From positions 1 through 36,195 of the forward strand of contig JBIJCD010000001.1 in assembly GCA_044344895.1 (NCBI GenBank): a DNA stretch of 36,195 nt, read 5' to 3'. This stretch comes from Pirellulales bacterium. GTDB taxonomy: Bacteria; Planctomycetota; Planctomycetia; Pirellulales; UBA1268. This document shows positions 21,401 through 30,097 of this stretch, in pieces; position 1 is the stretch's first letter, and the number at the start of each line of letters is the position of its first letter. The position numbers were made by a program, and so were the translations under genes. Under the pieces are notes generated by a model. That model saw only the letters and a program-made list of their open reading frames with translations, made no database searches and was not told where the DNA came from.

Positions 21401-23203
21401 CTACCGTGCGACCGGCACGAGCACCAGCCGCCGCACGTCGGCGACGCTCCCGCCGGGAATCGTCGTGGCGGCCAGCGTGAGCGTGGCCGGGCCGCGGGAG
21501 AGCTCGATCCGGCCCAGCGACAGCGGCCGGAAATCCTTGTCGAACCCCTCCCCGTGGCGGCGTTCGACCCGGTCCTCGCCGCGGTTGAGCGGTGGATCCC
21601 AGCCGGGGGAGATCGTCGCCGTCACCGCGGCGTCGCCGCATCGCAGCACGACGGTCGAGCCCGCGTCGGCCTCGGGGCAGGTGTACCAGAGCACGGCCTC
21701 GTAGCTGCCGGCCGCGAGCACGTCGACCGTCCACGTGATCGAGTCGTCGGTCGTCGTCCAGTGGTTGAAGTGGGAGCAGTTGGGCGCCTTCGCGTTGCGT
21801 GCGACGCCGCCGTGCGGGATGCCGTCGCGGGCCGGCAGCTCCGTGTGCGGGCTCCCGGGGAAACCGACCGGAAACCGCTCTTCCGCGGGCGCGGGCACCG
21901 ACTCCAGCACCGTTTTGCGCCAGTCGGCCGCGATGCCGGCGAGCCGGCGGGCCACGTCGGGCTCGGAGGCGGCGATGTCGCGGGTCTGGCCGGGATCGGC
22001 GGCGAGGTCGTAGAGCCGCCCCTGGGCGTCGAGCCGGTGGCTCGGGCTGCGGACGCTCACCTTGCCGCCGAAACTGGCGACGATCGTCCGCTCTGCCGCC
22101 CGCGCCGCCACCGCGCCGGCCGACGGCAGGTCGAGCAAGAGCGGCGCCAGGTCGATGCCGTCGAGCGGCTTGACCGGTCCCGGCTCGATGCCCGCGAGGC
22201 CGGCGAGCGTCGGCAGCAGGTCGATCGCGCCGGCCAGCTGCGGGATCACCGTGCCGGGCCTGATTCGGGCCGGCCACCGCAGGCAGCAGACGCTGCGGAC
22301 GCCGCCGTCGTCGGTCGAGCCCTTGCGGCCCCGCATGCCGCCGCACCAGCGGCTGCTGTTGCCGCCGTTGTCGGAACAGTAGAGCACGATCGTGTCGCGG
22401 GCGGCGTCGGCGCGGTCGACCGCGGCGAGCAGCCGGCCGACGTTGGCGTCGAGGTTTTCCATCATCGCCAGCGCCGCCCGGGTGAAGGGGAGGTCCTCGC
22501 GGTCGCCGTCGGCGCCCGTCAGGCCGATCGGCTTGTCGCGAAACCGGTTCCAGTCGTCGTCGGGCACGCACATCGGTGAGTGGGGCGTGTTGAAGGCGAC
22601 GTAGCAGAAAAACGGCTTGTCGGCGGCCGCCGATCGCTCGATGAAGCCGCAGGCGTGCGCCGCGATGTCGTCGGCGATGTAGCCCGAGCCACGGACGAAC
22701 CGGCCGTCGTGCTCCAAGGGCGGGTCGAAATAGTCGCCCCAATGTCCTTCCGTGAACCCATAGAAGGTGTCGAAGCCGCGGGCCAGCGGGTGGTAGGGCC
22801 ACTGGGTGCCGTTGTGCCACTTGCCGAAGCAGCCGGTGGCGTGGCCGGCGTCGCGGAAGACCTGGGCGAGCGTCCGCTCCGCCGGATCCATCCGCTCCTG
22901 GCCGAGCGTCACGCCACGGACGCCGCTGCGTGGGTGGTAGCGGCCGGTGAGCAATTCGGCGCGGGTCGGCGAGCAGACCGGCTGCACGCAGAACTGCCGC
23001 AGGACTGCACCGTCGCGGGCGAGCGAGTCGATGGCGGGCGTGGCCAGGCTCGTGTTGCCAACGAACGAGTAATCGCCCCAGGCGGCGTCGTCGGCGAGGA
23101 TGACGAGCACGTTCGGCCGCGCCGGCGCCGCGGCCGCACCGGCTGCGAGCAGCCAGCCGACGGCGGTGGCGATCACGGAAAGGCGACAGGTGGTCGGGTG
23201 CAT
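21401..23203 (-). CDS. arylsulfatase (Cys-type, formylglycine-dependent) with C-terminal extra domain
   Basis: 600-aa ORF with a signal peptide. PNVLVILADDAAWGD, sulfatase signature CSPTRAELLTGRY, GKWHNG, and the SDNGG block. Confidence 0.9.
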   Translation of the reverse strand: MHPTTCRLSVIATAVGWLLAAGAAAAPARPNVLVILADDAAWGDYSFVGNTSLATPAIDSLARDGAVLRQFCVQPVCSPTRAELLTGRYHPRSGVRGVTLGQERMDPAERTLAQVFRDAGHATGCFGKWHNGTQWPYHPLARGFDTFYGFTEGHWGDYFDPPLEHDGRFVRGSGYIADDIAAHACGFIERSAAADKPFFCYVAFNTPHSPMCVPDDDWNRFRDKPIGLTGADGDREDLPFTRAALAMMENLDANVGRLLAAVDRADAARDTIVLYCSDNGGNSSRWCGGMRGRKGSTDDGGVRSVCCLRWPARIRPGTVIPQLAGAIDLLPTLAGLAGIEPGPVKPLDGIDLAPLLLDLPSAGAVAARAAERTIVASFGGKVSVRSPSHRLDAQGRLYDLAADPGQTRDIAASEPDVARRLAGIAADWRKTVLESVPAPAEERFPVGFPGSPHTELPARDGIPHGGVARNAKAPNCSHFNHWTTTDDSITWTVDVLAAGSYEAVLWYTCPEADAGSTVVLRCGDAAVTATISPGWDPPLNRGEDRVERRHGEGFDKDFRPLSLGRIELSRGPATLTLAATTIPGGSVADVRRLVLVPVAR

Positions 23204-23364
23204 GGCACCACGAGGATACGGGAAACACCATGCCGCGGCACGTCCGCCCGGGGCGGGAGGCGTTTTGCGCCGGACTGGCCTTTGACCATGCGTGGCCGGC
23301 GGCGGAGAATGGACGGCTGTCGCGAAACAGGCCGAGAAGCCGGCCCTACACCGACGGGACGAAG

Positions 23365-24009
23365 ATGCCGCAGAGCGGTCGACAGCGTGGTGCGGCCATC
23401 GCCGCAGTCGTGGCGGCCGTCGCGTTGCTGGGGGTGGGCGGTTGGTGGGCAGGCTGGTTCGGCCCGTTCGAGGATCCCCGGATCAAGGAACTGCGGCTGC
23501 TGCAGGACGAGCTGATCAGGAAGTATCCGCCCGAGCGGGGGCCGCAGTCGCTGGCCGAGGCGGCCGAGCGGGCGGCGGCGATCGGCGGCTTCATGCTGAA
23601 AGTCCAGGCCCTGCCGGCCGAATTGCGGCCGCAGGCGATCCAGTCGGGCCGCGCCGCCATGCTGCGGATCGTCGACACGAAGGCGCAGGCCTACTTCGCC
23701 CTGCCAGCCGCCGAGCGACAGCAGTTCCTCGACGCCGAGATCAGGCAGGGTGAGCTGATGCGGCAGGCGTTCGAGGCGGGCAAGACGGCGCTGAAGTGGG
23801 CGGGCCTTGGCGGCCGCGGCGCGGGCAAGGACAAATCCCCGGGCGGCGGCGGTCCGACCGGCGGTTCGCAGGACGACCGCAACCGCTGGCGGAAGAGCAT
23901 GATCGACATGACCACCCCCGCGCAGCGATCGCGGATCACGGAATACATCGGTGCCATCGAGGTCCGCCGGCATCAGCTGGGCCTGCCGCCGGCGCCATTC
24001 GGCCCCTGA
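23365..24009 (+). CDS. hypothetical N-terminally membrane-anchored helical protein
   Basis: ATG at 23365 inside the 23230..24009 ORF. One hydrophobic segment, AAIAAVVAAVALLGVGGWWAGWF. GC3 is very high throughout. Two L(P/T)xx(E/Q)R-like motifs (LPAAERQQF, TTPAQRSRI) are faintly reminiscent of Spy/CpxP-type periplasmic proteins. No confident family assignment. Confidence 0.6.
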   Translation: MPQSGRQRGAAIAAVVAAVALLGVGGWWAGWFGPFEDPRIKELRLLQDELIRKYPPERGPQSLAEAAERAAAIGGFMLKVQALPAELRPQAIQSGRAAMLRIVDTKAQAYFALPAAERQQFLDAEIRQGELMRQAFEAGKTALKWAGLGGRGAGKDKSPGGGGPTGGSQDDRNRWRKSMIDMTTPAQRSRITEYIGAIEVRRHQLGLPPAPFGP

Positions 24010-24192
24010 GTGCGTTGCCGGTGCCGATGGATCTCAGGAGCATCTGACAAACGTGCGCCGATGTCCCGGCGGTGAGCGGTCCAGACCGATCGCGCTCCAC
24101 GTAACCCGACATCGCTCGAGGGTCGGTTCCCGGGTGCACGGCGGGGAGATGACGACCGCTGGGGCCCCCCAGCCGGCGGTCGCCCTCCGCGG

Positions 24193-25461
24193 TCAGGCAG
24201 CGGCCGCCGGCGTTGTCCGGCCGAGGATCAGGTGGAGCGCCGGGCCGGCGGCCATCGTCGTGATCACGCACATCAGCACGCAGGCCACGAACAGCCGCAG
24301 GTCGATGAGTTCGGCGTCGAACGCAGCGGCCGCCATCACGATCCCCAGGATGCCGCGGGCGTTGAGCCCGCAGCCCACCGCGAGGGCCTGCCGGTCGTCC
24401 ATGCCCGCCAGCTTCCCGCCCGCGTAGACGCCGGTGATCTTTCCCAGGAACGCCACGGCTGTGATCAGGGCGACCAGCCACGGGTCGAAGCCCTCGATGA
24501 AGTCGGCCGAAATGGCCATCGACACGAAGAAAATCGGAGTGAACACGGCGAATGCAAAGTCTCCGATGATCTCGAACGGCCGTGGGTGCCGCGCGTACAC
24601 GCCCGATAGCGCGATGCCCACGACGAACGCCCCCAGGAACGAATGCAGACCGAGATGCTCCGATCCGGCCGCGCCCACGAGCGCCAGCAGCACGATGCAC
24701 GAGATCGATCCGGACGGCTGCGGCAGCCGCGACTCGGCCCAGTCCATGAGCCGCGGCAGGACGAACCGGCCCAGCAGGAGGATCCCGCCGATGAACACGA
24801 ACACCATGGCGAAGATCGCCAGGCCCTGGCCCCGGCCGGCGGCGTGGGGGCCGAACTCGGCGAGGATCACCGCGAACAGTCCCCAGCCCACCAGGTCGTC
24901 GACGAGCGTCGCCGACATGATCGTCCTGCCGAGGTCGCTCTTGAACAGGCCCATGTCCATGAGGATCCGCGCGATCACGGGATTGGCCGAGAGCGACAGG
25001 ATCGAGCCCATGAACAGCGCCGTCGAGAACCGATCCTTCTCCGTCACGCCGATCACGCCCGGAAACGCGTAGCACATCAGGAATCCCAGCACGAGCGGCA
25101 CGAACGTGCCGATGGACCCGACGGCCAACGCCTGGCGACCGCTGCGGCGCAGTTCGCCGGCGTTGATGTCGAGTCCGATCGTGACGATGAAAAAGAGCAT
25201 GCCCACCCGCGCGATCGCCGAGCGGGCGTCGGTGATCGGCCCCGATGACGGGAAAAGCCAGGCGAACAAGTCTGGTGCGACCCTGCCGAGGACGGTGGGG
25301 CCGAGCACGAGGCCGCCCGCGATCTCCCCCACGACCGCCGGCATCCCGATCCGCCGCGCCGCCTGCCCCAGCACGACCGCCACGGCGAGCATCGCGGCCA
25401 GGTGCAGCGACAGGAGCGTCCAGTTCGCGGGGGTCATCGGACCGATCGTCCCGGGGGCCAT
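24193..25461 (-). CDS. cation:proton antiporter (CPA2 / Na+/H+ exchanger family)
   Basis: Start taken at the ATG at 25461 (MAPGTIGPMTPANW..); an alternative ATG is at 25437. The longer 25698 start would overlap the marR gene and the promoter region. Family block GMPAVVGEIAGGLVLGP and about 11-12 TM segments. Confidence 0.85.
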   Translation of the reverse strand: MAPGTIGPMTPANWTLLSLHLAAMLAVAVVLGQAARRIGMPAVVGEIAGGLVLGPTVLGRVAPDLFAWLFPSSGPITDARSAIARVGMLFFIVTIGLDINAGELRRSGRQALAVGSIGTFVPLVLGFLMCYAFPGVIGVTEKDRFSTALFMGSILSLSANPVIARILMDMGLFKSDLGRTIMSATLVDDLVGWGLFAVILAEFGPHAAGRGQGLAIFAMVFVFIGGILLLGRFVLPRLMDWAESRLPQPSGSISCIVLLALVGAAGSEHLGLHSFLGAFVVGIALSGVYARHPRPFEIIGDFAFAVFTPIFFVSMAISADFIEGFDPWLVALITAVAFLGKITGVYAGGKLAGMDDRQALAVGCGLNARGILGIVMAAAAFDAELIDLRLFVACVLMCVITTMAAGPALHLILGRTTPAAAA

Positions 25462-25502
25462 GGCGACCCGCCCGGCTCTGGCGGCGCGGGCGTATCCTGC
25501 CG

Positions 25503-25531
25503 ATAATACTTGTTCGAACAACAGTTGTCCA
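25503..25531 (-). promoter_or_regulatory. sigma-70-type promoter for the antiporter gene: TGGACA -17 nt- TATTAT
   Basis: The minus strand reads TGGACA (25531-25526), an exact 17-nt spacer, then TATTAT (25508-25503). It lies about 40 nt upstream of the ATG at 25461, in the only AT-rich patch of the intergenic region. Confidence 0.55.
25510..25521. promoter_or_regulatory. perfect 12-bp palindrome TTGTTCGAACAA, candidate MarR operator
   Basis: The sequence is self-complementary (checked). It lies inside the 17-nt spacer of the antiporter promoter. It is also immediately downstream of a GATAAT -10-like box (25502-25507) on the plus strand, facing marR. Confidence 0.55.
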
Positions 25532-25560
25532 AACGCTTTCCAGGCAGGAGATTCGCCACC

Positions 25561-26076
25561 ATGTCTGCCACAGCACGTCAGCTGGCCGCGGTCCAGCCAG
25601 CCGGGCTCTTCGACTCGCTCGAGCAGGAGGCCTACCTGCAGCTGTGGCGGACCTACGACCGCCTGCGGGAGCTCGACGAGCGGGTGTTCGCGCGGCATGG
25701 CATCACCGCGCAGCAGTACAACGCCCTGCGGGTGCTACGGTCGGTGCATCCCGCCGGCCTGGCCACGGCGGCGCTGGGCGGCCGGCTCGTCTCCCGGGCG
25801 CCCGACATGACACGGCTGCTCGACAAGCTCGAGGAGCGGGGGCTCGTGCGGCGGCGCCGGCGGGACGACAACCGCCGCGTGGTGGAGGCGTGGATCACGC
25901 CCGCCGGTGCGACGCTCGTGCAGCGGCTGGCCAACGCGGTGCGGAAGTGCGGCCGCGACCAGCTCGGCCACGTGAACCGCCGGACGCTGCGGACGCTGAT
26001 CGGCATCCTCGAGCGGGCGCGGCGGCCCCACGAGTCCGATGATGCCGCGACGGCCTGGCCCGGAGGCGGGCGTTAG
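25561..26076 (+). CDS. MarR family transcriptional regulator
   Basis: ATG at 25561 with AGGAGA 8 nt upstream. Winged-HTH block GITAQQYNALRVL...LATAALGGRLVSRAPDMTRLLDKLEERGLVRRRRRDDNRRVVEAWITPAG. Confidence 0.85.
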   Translation: MSATARQLAAVQPAGLFDSLEQEAYLQLWRTYDRLRELDERVFARHGITAQQYNALRVLRSVHPAGLATAALGGRLVSRAPDMTRLLDKLEERGLVRRRRRDDNRRVVEAWITPAGATLVQRLANAVRKCGRDQLGHVNRRTLRTLIGILERARRPHESDDAATAWPGGGR

Positions 26077-26088
26077 GCCGAAGCCAGG

Positions 26089-28521
26089 TCACGGCGCCCG
26101 CATGGCGGCCAGGAGGTCGGCGCAGTCGTCCACGCTCATGAGCGTCTCGAGGCCCGTCGGCATGAGCGACGTGGGCGACGAGGAGAGCTCGTCGACGTCG
26201 GCCCGCCGTAGCACCCGTTCCGCGCCGCCGGCCGAGCGGATCGTCAGCGACGTCGGTGTCTCGGCGACGACCAGGCCGCTCACCGCGGTGCCGTCGACCA
26301 AGACCGCCACGGTCATGGCATACCGCTGCTCGACGGCGCGGTGGGGATCGAAGATCGCCTCGACGAGCTGCGCCGCCGGCTTGCCGCCGACCGCCGCGAG
26401 ATCGGGCCCGACCTCCACCCCCAGGCCGCCGAGCCGGTGGCAGGCGGCGCAGCCGGCCCGCCGGAAGACGGCCCGCCCGCGGGAGGCATCGCCGGGTTTT
26501 TCGGCCGCGGCCAGGTAGCGGCCGACCACCTTCTGCCGATCGGGCTCGTGGCCGGTGATGGCGGGCGGTTTTTCGACCGGCCGTGCCGGCGACGTCGCGG
26601 CGGCCTTGGCCAGCGCGGCAAGGAGCGCCTCTTCGGCGGCGGCGAGCGAGCCGCTGCCGGCGGCCACGAGCGCCGCGCCGCGGACGCGGGGCCAGAGCGG
26701 GCCGAGCGCCGCGAGCAGATCCTCGCGCGGCAGGAGGCCCAGGGCATGCAGCGTGAACAGCGCCTGCACGCGGACCGGGCCCGCCGCGGCGTCGGCCAGC
26801 GAACGCACGGCGGCCTCGTCGTCGAGCCGGCCGGCCTCGATCGCCAGCCGCTGGGCGGTGTCGCGGGCCCAGCCGTTGGCCGATGCGAGGCTCACGGCGG
26901 CGGCGCGGGTCGGCAGGCCGGCCGGCGCGATCCGCCAGATGCGGCCCATCGTCTCGCCGCCGCGGAGCTGCATCCGCCGTGCCATCTCCGCCGGCACCCA
27001 TTCCGGATGCTCGAGCACCAGCCGGTACATGTCGACGACGTAGACCGCGCCGTCGGGGCCGGTGCGGGCCATGACGGGCCGGAACCAGCGGTCATCGCTG
27101 GCGAGGAACTCGCGGCCGGCGTCGGCGGGATGCCGCCGCGCGACGATCGTGTCGCCGGAGTAGTCGAGCACCCGCCGGAGGACGAGGTTGTTGGCCGGCT
27201 CGCAGATGAACATGACGTCGCGGCCCTCGTCCCCGAAGGCCTCGTCGCGGTAGGGCAGGGGATTGCAGCCCGAGGTCAGCGTGTCGGTCGCGCTGATCTG
27301 GTTGAGCCGCCGCACGGGCGGCCCCACGGGAAACACGCGGCGGTCGGGCGTCAGGTCGGCGCGGACGGAGGCCACGACCAGCTCGGGATGCCGCTCCAGG
27401 TGGCTCATGGGCAGCCAGTAGTGCCAGCCGGGGTTGGCGTTGTTGTTGCCGAACCAGTTGCCGAAATCGTCCCGCCATTTCCCGCACTGGGTGCAGCCGG
27501 TCTCGAGGCGGAAGTCGCCGGTCCGCGGGTCGAAGCGGAAGTCGCTGCGGCCGAGCGCGACCCGCGAGCCGGTCCGCAGGCACTCGATCTGGCCGCCGCT
27601 GTCGCCATTGGCTCCGTGCAGCCAGCCGTCGAGCCCCCAGCAGAAGCCGTTGACGAGGTGCTGCGGATTGCCCGCCGTGAACCCCGTGAACCACGGCTCG
27701 CGGCGATCGCAGCGGCCGTCGCCGTCGTCGTCCTTGGCGTAGAAGATGTCGGGGATGTTGGCGATGAACACGCCCCCCTTCCAGCAGGCCAAGCCGGTGA
27801 CGTGCCGCAGCCCGTCGAGGAACAGCGTCGCCGACTCGTAGCGGCCGTCGCCGTCGGCGTCCTCGAGGATCCGCACGCGGCCGGCCCGCAGCGGTCGGTC
27901 GGCCCCCTCGCCCGGCACGCCGTCCCGCCAGGTCACGCTCCCGTCGCGGGTGGCCTCCCCTTCCGCAAACGGATAGTCGCCCATCTCCGCCACCCACATT
28001 CTTCCCCGCTCGTCCCAGTCGATGAACACCGGATCCATCACCAGCGGCTCCGCGGCGGCGAGCGTCACGGTGAATCCATCGCGGACCCGCATCGTGGCCC
28101 GCGACTCTGCCGGCGCTTTGGGCGGAGGGCCCGGCACCCGCAGCAGGTCCTCGAACGTCATCCGCACGTCGCCGGCTCGCATCACGCCCCCGGCGAACGA
28201 CACGTCGCCGCCCGTGAGCGGGGGCAGGGCGTCGGCGTCGCCGGGCCGGCCCTCCCGCATCACCCGCGTCCAGCCGGTCTTCCATTCGAGCGCGTCGCGG
28301 GCCTTGTCGGGCGGCACGAAGAGGTAGACACCGTAGCCCGCCTCGTTCGACACGACGATGTCCTCGTGGCCGTCACCGTCGAGGTCGACCCGCCACACGC
28401 CCCGGCCGTCGCGGGCCAGGTGGGGGAGCTGCGGCGACGCGGCGGCGGGCGGGTCGGCGGCGCGGCCCGCCGCGCAGGCGGCCGCGACGAGCAGGATCGC
28501 GATGCGCGTGAACCGGTTCAT
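26089..28521 (-). CDS. PVC-type heme-binding CxxCH protein (FG-GAP region, membrane-bound-dehydrogenase-like domain, HEAT-like repeats, C-terminal cytochrome c domain)
   Basis: Large ORF; start preferred at the ATG at 28521 (MNRFTRIAILLVAAACAAG signal peptide, GAGAGGG upstream). An alternative ATG at 28539 has no SD. Blocks DLDGDGHEDIVV, FTVTLAAAEPLVMDPVFIDWDERGRMWVAEMGDYP, GRAVFRRAGCAACHRLGGLG..GPDL, SLMPTGLE. Confidence 0.8.
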   Translation of the reverse strand: MNRFTRIAILLVAAACAAGRAADPPAAASPQLPHLARDGRGVWRVDLDGDGHEDIVVSNEAGYGVYLFVPPDKARDALEWKTGWTRVMREGRPGDADALPPLTGGDVSFAGGVMRAGDVRMTFEDLLRVPGPPPKAPAESRATMRVRDGFTVTLAAAEPLVMDPVFIDWDERGRMWVAEMGDYPFAEGEATRDGSVTWRDGVPGEGADRPLRAGRVRILEDADGDGRYESATLFLDGLRHVTGLACWKGGVFIANIPDIFYAKDDDGDGRCDRREPWFTGFTAGNPQHLVNGFCWGLDGWLHGANGDSGGQIECLRTGSRVALGRSDFRFDPRTGDFRLETGCTQCGKWRDDFGNWFGNNNANPGWHYWLPMSHLERHPELVVASVRADLTPDRRVFPVGPPVRRLNQISATDTLTSGCNPLPYRDEAFGDEGRDVMFICEPANNLVLRRVLDYSGDTIVARRHPADAGREFLASDDRWFRPVMARTGPDGAVYVVDMYRLVLEHPEWVPAEMARRMQLRGGETMGRIWRIAPAGLPTRAAAVSLASANGWARDTAQRLAIEAGRLDDEAAVRSLADAAAGPVRVQALFTLHALGLLPREDLLAALGPLWPRVRGAALVAAGSGSLAAAEEALLAALAKAAATSPARPVEKPPAITGHEPDRQKVVGRYLAAAEKPGDASRGRAVFRRAGCAACHRLGGLGVEVGPDLAAVGGKPAAQLVEAIFDPHRAVEQRYAMTVAVLVDGTAVSGLVVAETPTSLTIRSAGGAERVLRRADVDELSSSPTSLMPTGLETLMSVDDCADLLAAMRAP

Positions 28522-28549
28522 CGCCCTTGACCCTCTCATGAAAGAAGGC

Positions 28550-30004
28550 TCACTTCCCGAGCCGGTCGAGCACGTTCCGCGTGATCCGCTCGACGACGGG
28601 ATCCCTGCCGCGCAGGCCGTGGGCCCAATCGGTCGATCCGACCGTCACGACGGTGCCGCCGCGGGTGTAGCTGCCGAGCACGGCGGCCCCGACGCGGTCG
28701 GGCGGAAAGCGGTCGTAGAAGAGCGCGTCGTCGGGATGCCACTTCGCCGGGCAGCTCGCCAGGATCGCGAAACCCTCCGGCGTGCCGTCGCGGTGCGTCG
28801 GCACCGGCAGGCCGTCCCGCATCTCGAACTCGCAGCCGTCGCACTCGTAGCCCACGATCGTGTCTTTGCCGCCGAAGGCGTCGCCCCGCGTGAGGTTCGT
28901 CCCGGCGAAGAGCCAATGCTCCGGGCGATGCACGGTATAGGCCGCCGGGCCGTCCATGAACTGTCCGTGGCTGCGGTGGTAGCCGCCGAAGAGGAAGCCC
29001 ACGCCGGTGAGCCGGTTCTCCGGCCGGTTCACGAGGTGGTGGCTCCAGAGCGTCGAGAGCAGGGCATGGTCGCCCGAGGGATAGACCGGGTCCATGACGA
29101 GCCGCTGCTTCCAGCAGACCAGCGCCGCGCCGTCGTCCTCGCTGCGCACCTGCCAGCAGCAGGTGTTGCCGCTGAAGAAGGCGGCGTTGCCCCCCTTGGC
29201 GATGAAGGCCTCGAGGTGATCCCGCATCGGCGCCGACCAGTATTCGTCGTGGCCGACGCTGAGCACGAGCCGGTAGGCGGCCAGGTCTTCCGGATGCGAC
29301 TCGAGGTCGGCATTGGCCGCGTAGTCGAGCCGATAGCCGTTGGCCTCCGCCCAGGCAACGAACGGCTCCTCCCAGCGGGGAAACTGGCTGGCGGGCGGCC
29401 GCAGGAACGACACGCGGTGCCCCTGCACACCGGCTCGGCCGTTGTAGGCGTAGAGGCTGTAGCCGCCCCAGTTGTTGTAGGCGTTGTAGGTGTTGGTCGC
29501 CAGCTGCAGGAGGATCCGCGAGTCGACGCCGGGCCGCGCGGCTCGCACCACGAAGAAGCACGTCGCCTGCACGCTCCTCCGCCCGCGCTCGACGTACTTG
29601 CCGCCAGCGTCCTCCGCCCGCAGCGTGATCTGGTAGTAGCCGCTCCGCCACGACGCGGGCACCGGCAGGTCGAGCAGCGCCGGCCAGCCGCAGCCGTGCG
29701 ACGAGGCGTTTTCGGGAATCACCGCCGCGCGGCCGGTGACGTCGGCCTTGGCGAAGACGACCTCCTTCGTCGCCCCCAGCCGGGCGATCTCCACCGCGAA
29801 CGTCGGTGCCGTCGTCGACACGTGCAGCGAGAGCGTCTCGCCGGCCTTGTAGCTCGTGCGGCCCGCGTAGCCCTCGATCGCCAGCGGCACCGGATCCGAC
29901 GCGTCGGCGGCGAACCCAGGCGTGCACACAAGCAGGGCGAGGATGACGCCGGCACCGATCGCGGTGCCCCGCCGAGCCGCTCTCGGATCCATGGGTCGAT
30001 GCAC
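28550..30004 (-). CDS. N,N-dimethylformamidase beta-subunit-like domain protein, secreted
   Basis: 484-aa ORF. N-terminal RRGTAIGAGVILALLV signal (possibly Tat-like). The block LATNTYNAYNNWGGYSLY and the following GHDEYWS, FFSGNTCCWQVR resemble the DmfA2-like family as I recall it. Its stop is only 10-28 nt before the next gene's start. Confidence 0.55.
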   Translation of the reverse strand: MHRPMDPRAARRGTAIGAGVILALLVCTPGFAADASDPVPLAIEGYAGRTSYKAGETLSLHVSTTAPTFAVEIARLGATKEVVFAKADVTGRAAVIPENASSHGCGWPALLDLPVPASWRSGYYQITLRAEDAGGKYVERGRRSVQATCFFVVRAARPGVDSRILLQLATNTYNAYNNWGGYSLYAYNGRAGVQGHRVSFLRPPASQFPRWEEPFVAWAEANGYRLDYAANADLESHPEDLAAYRLVLSVGHDEYWSAPMRDHLEAFIAKGGNAAFFSGNTCCWQVRSEDDGAALVCWKQRLVMDPVYPSGDHALLSTLWSHHLVNRPENRLTGVGFLFGGYHRSHGQFMDGPAAYTVHRPEHWLFAGTNLTRGDAFGGKDTIVGYECDGCEFEMRDGLPVPTHRDGTPEGFAILASCPAKWHPDDALFYDRFPPDRVGAAVLGSYTRGGTVVTVGSTDWAHGLRGRDPVVERITRNVLDRLGK

Positions 30005-30097
30005 TCCGCGCGTGACAAGACGGGACGAGTGTGGATCAGCCGGCGTGAGTCGGCCAGTATACTCCCCGGCCGACGGCGGCCGCCGCGGAAGCGCACG

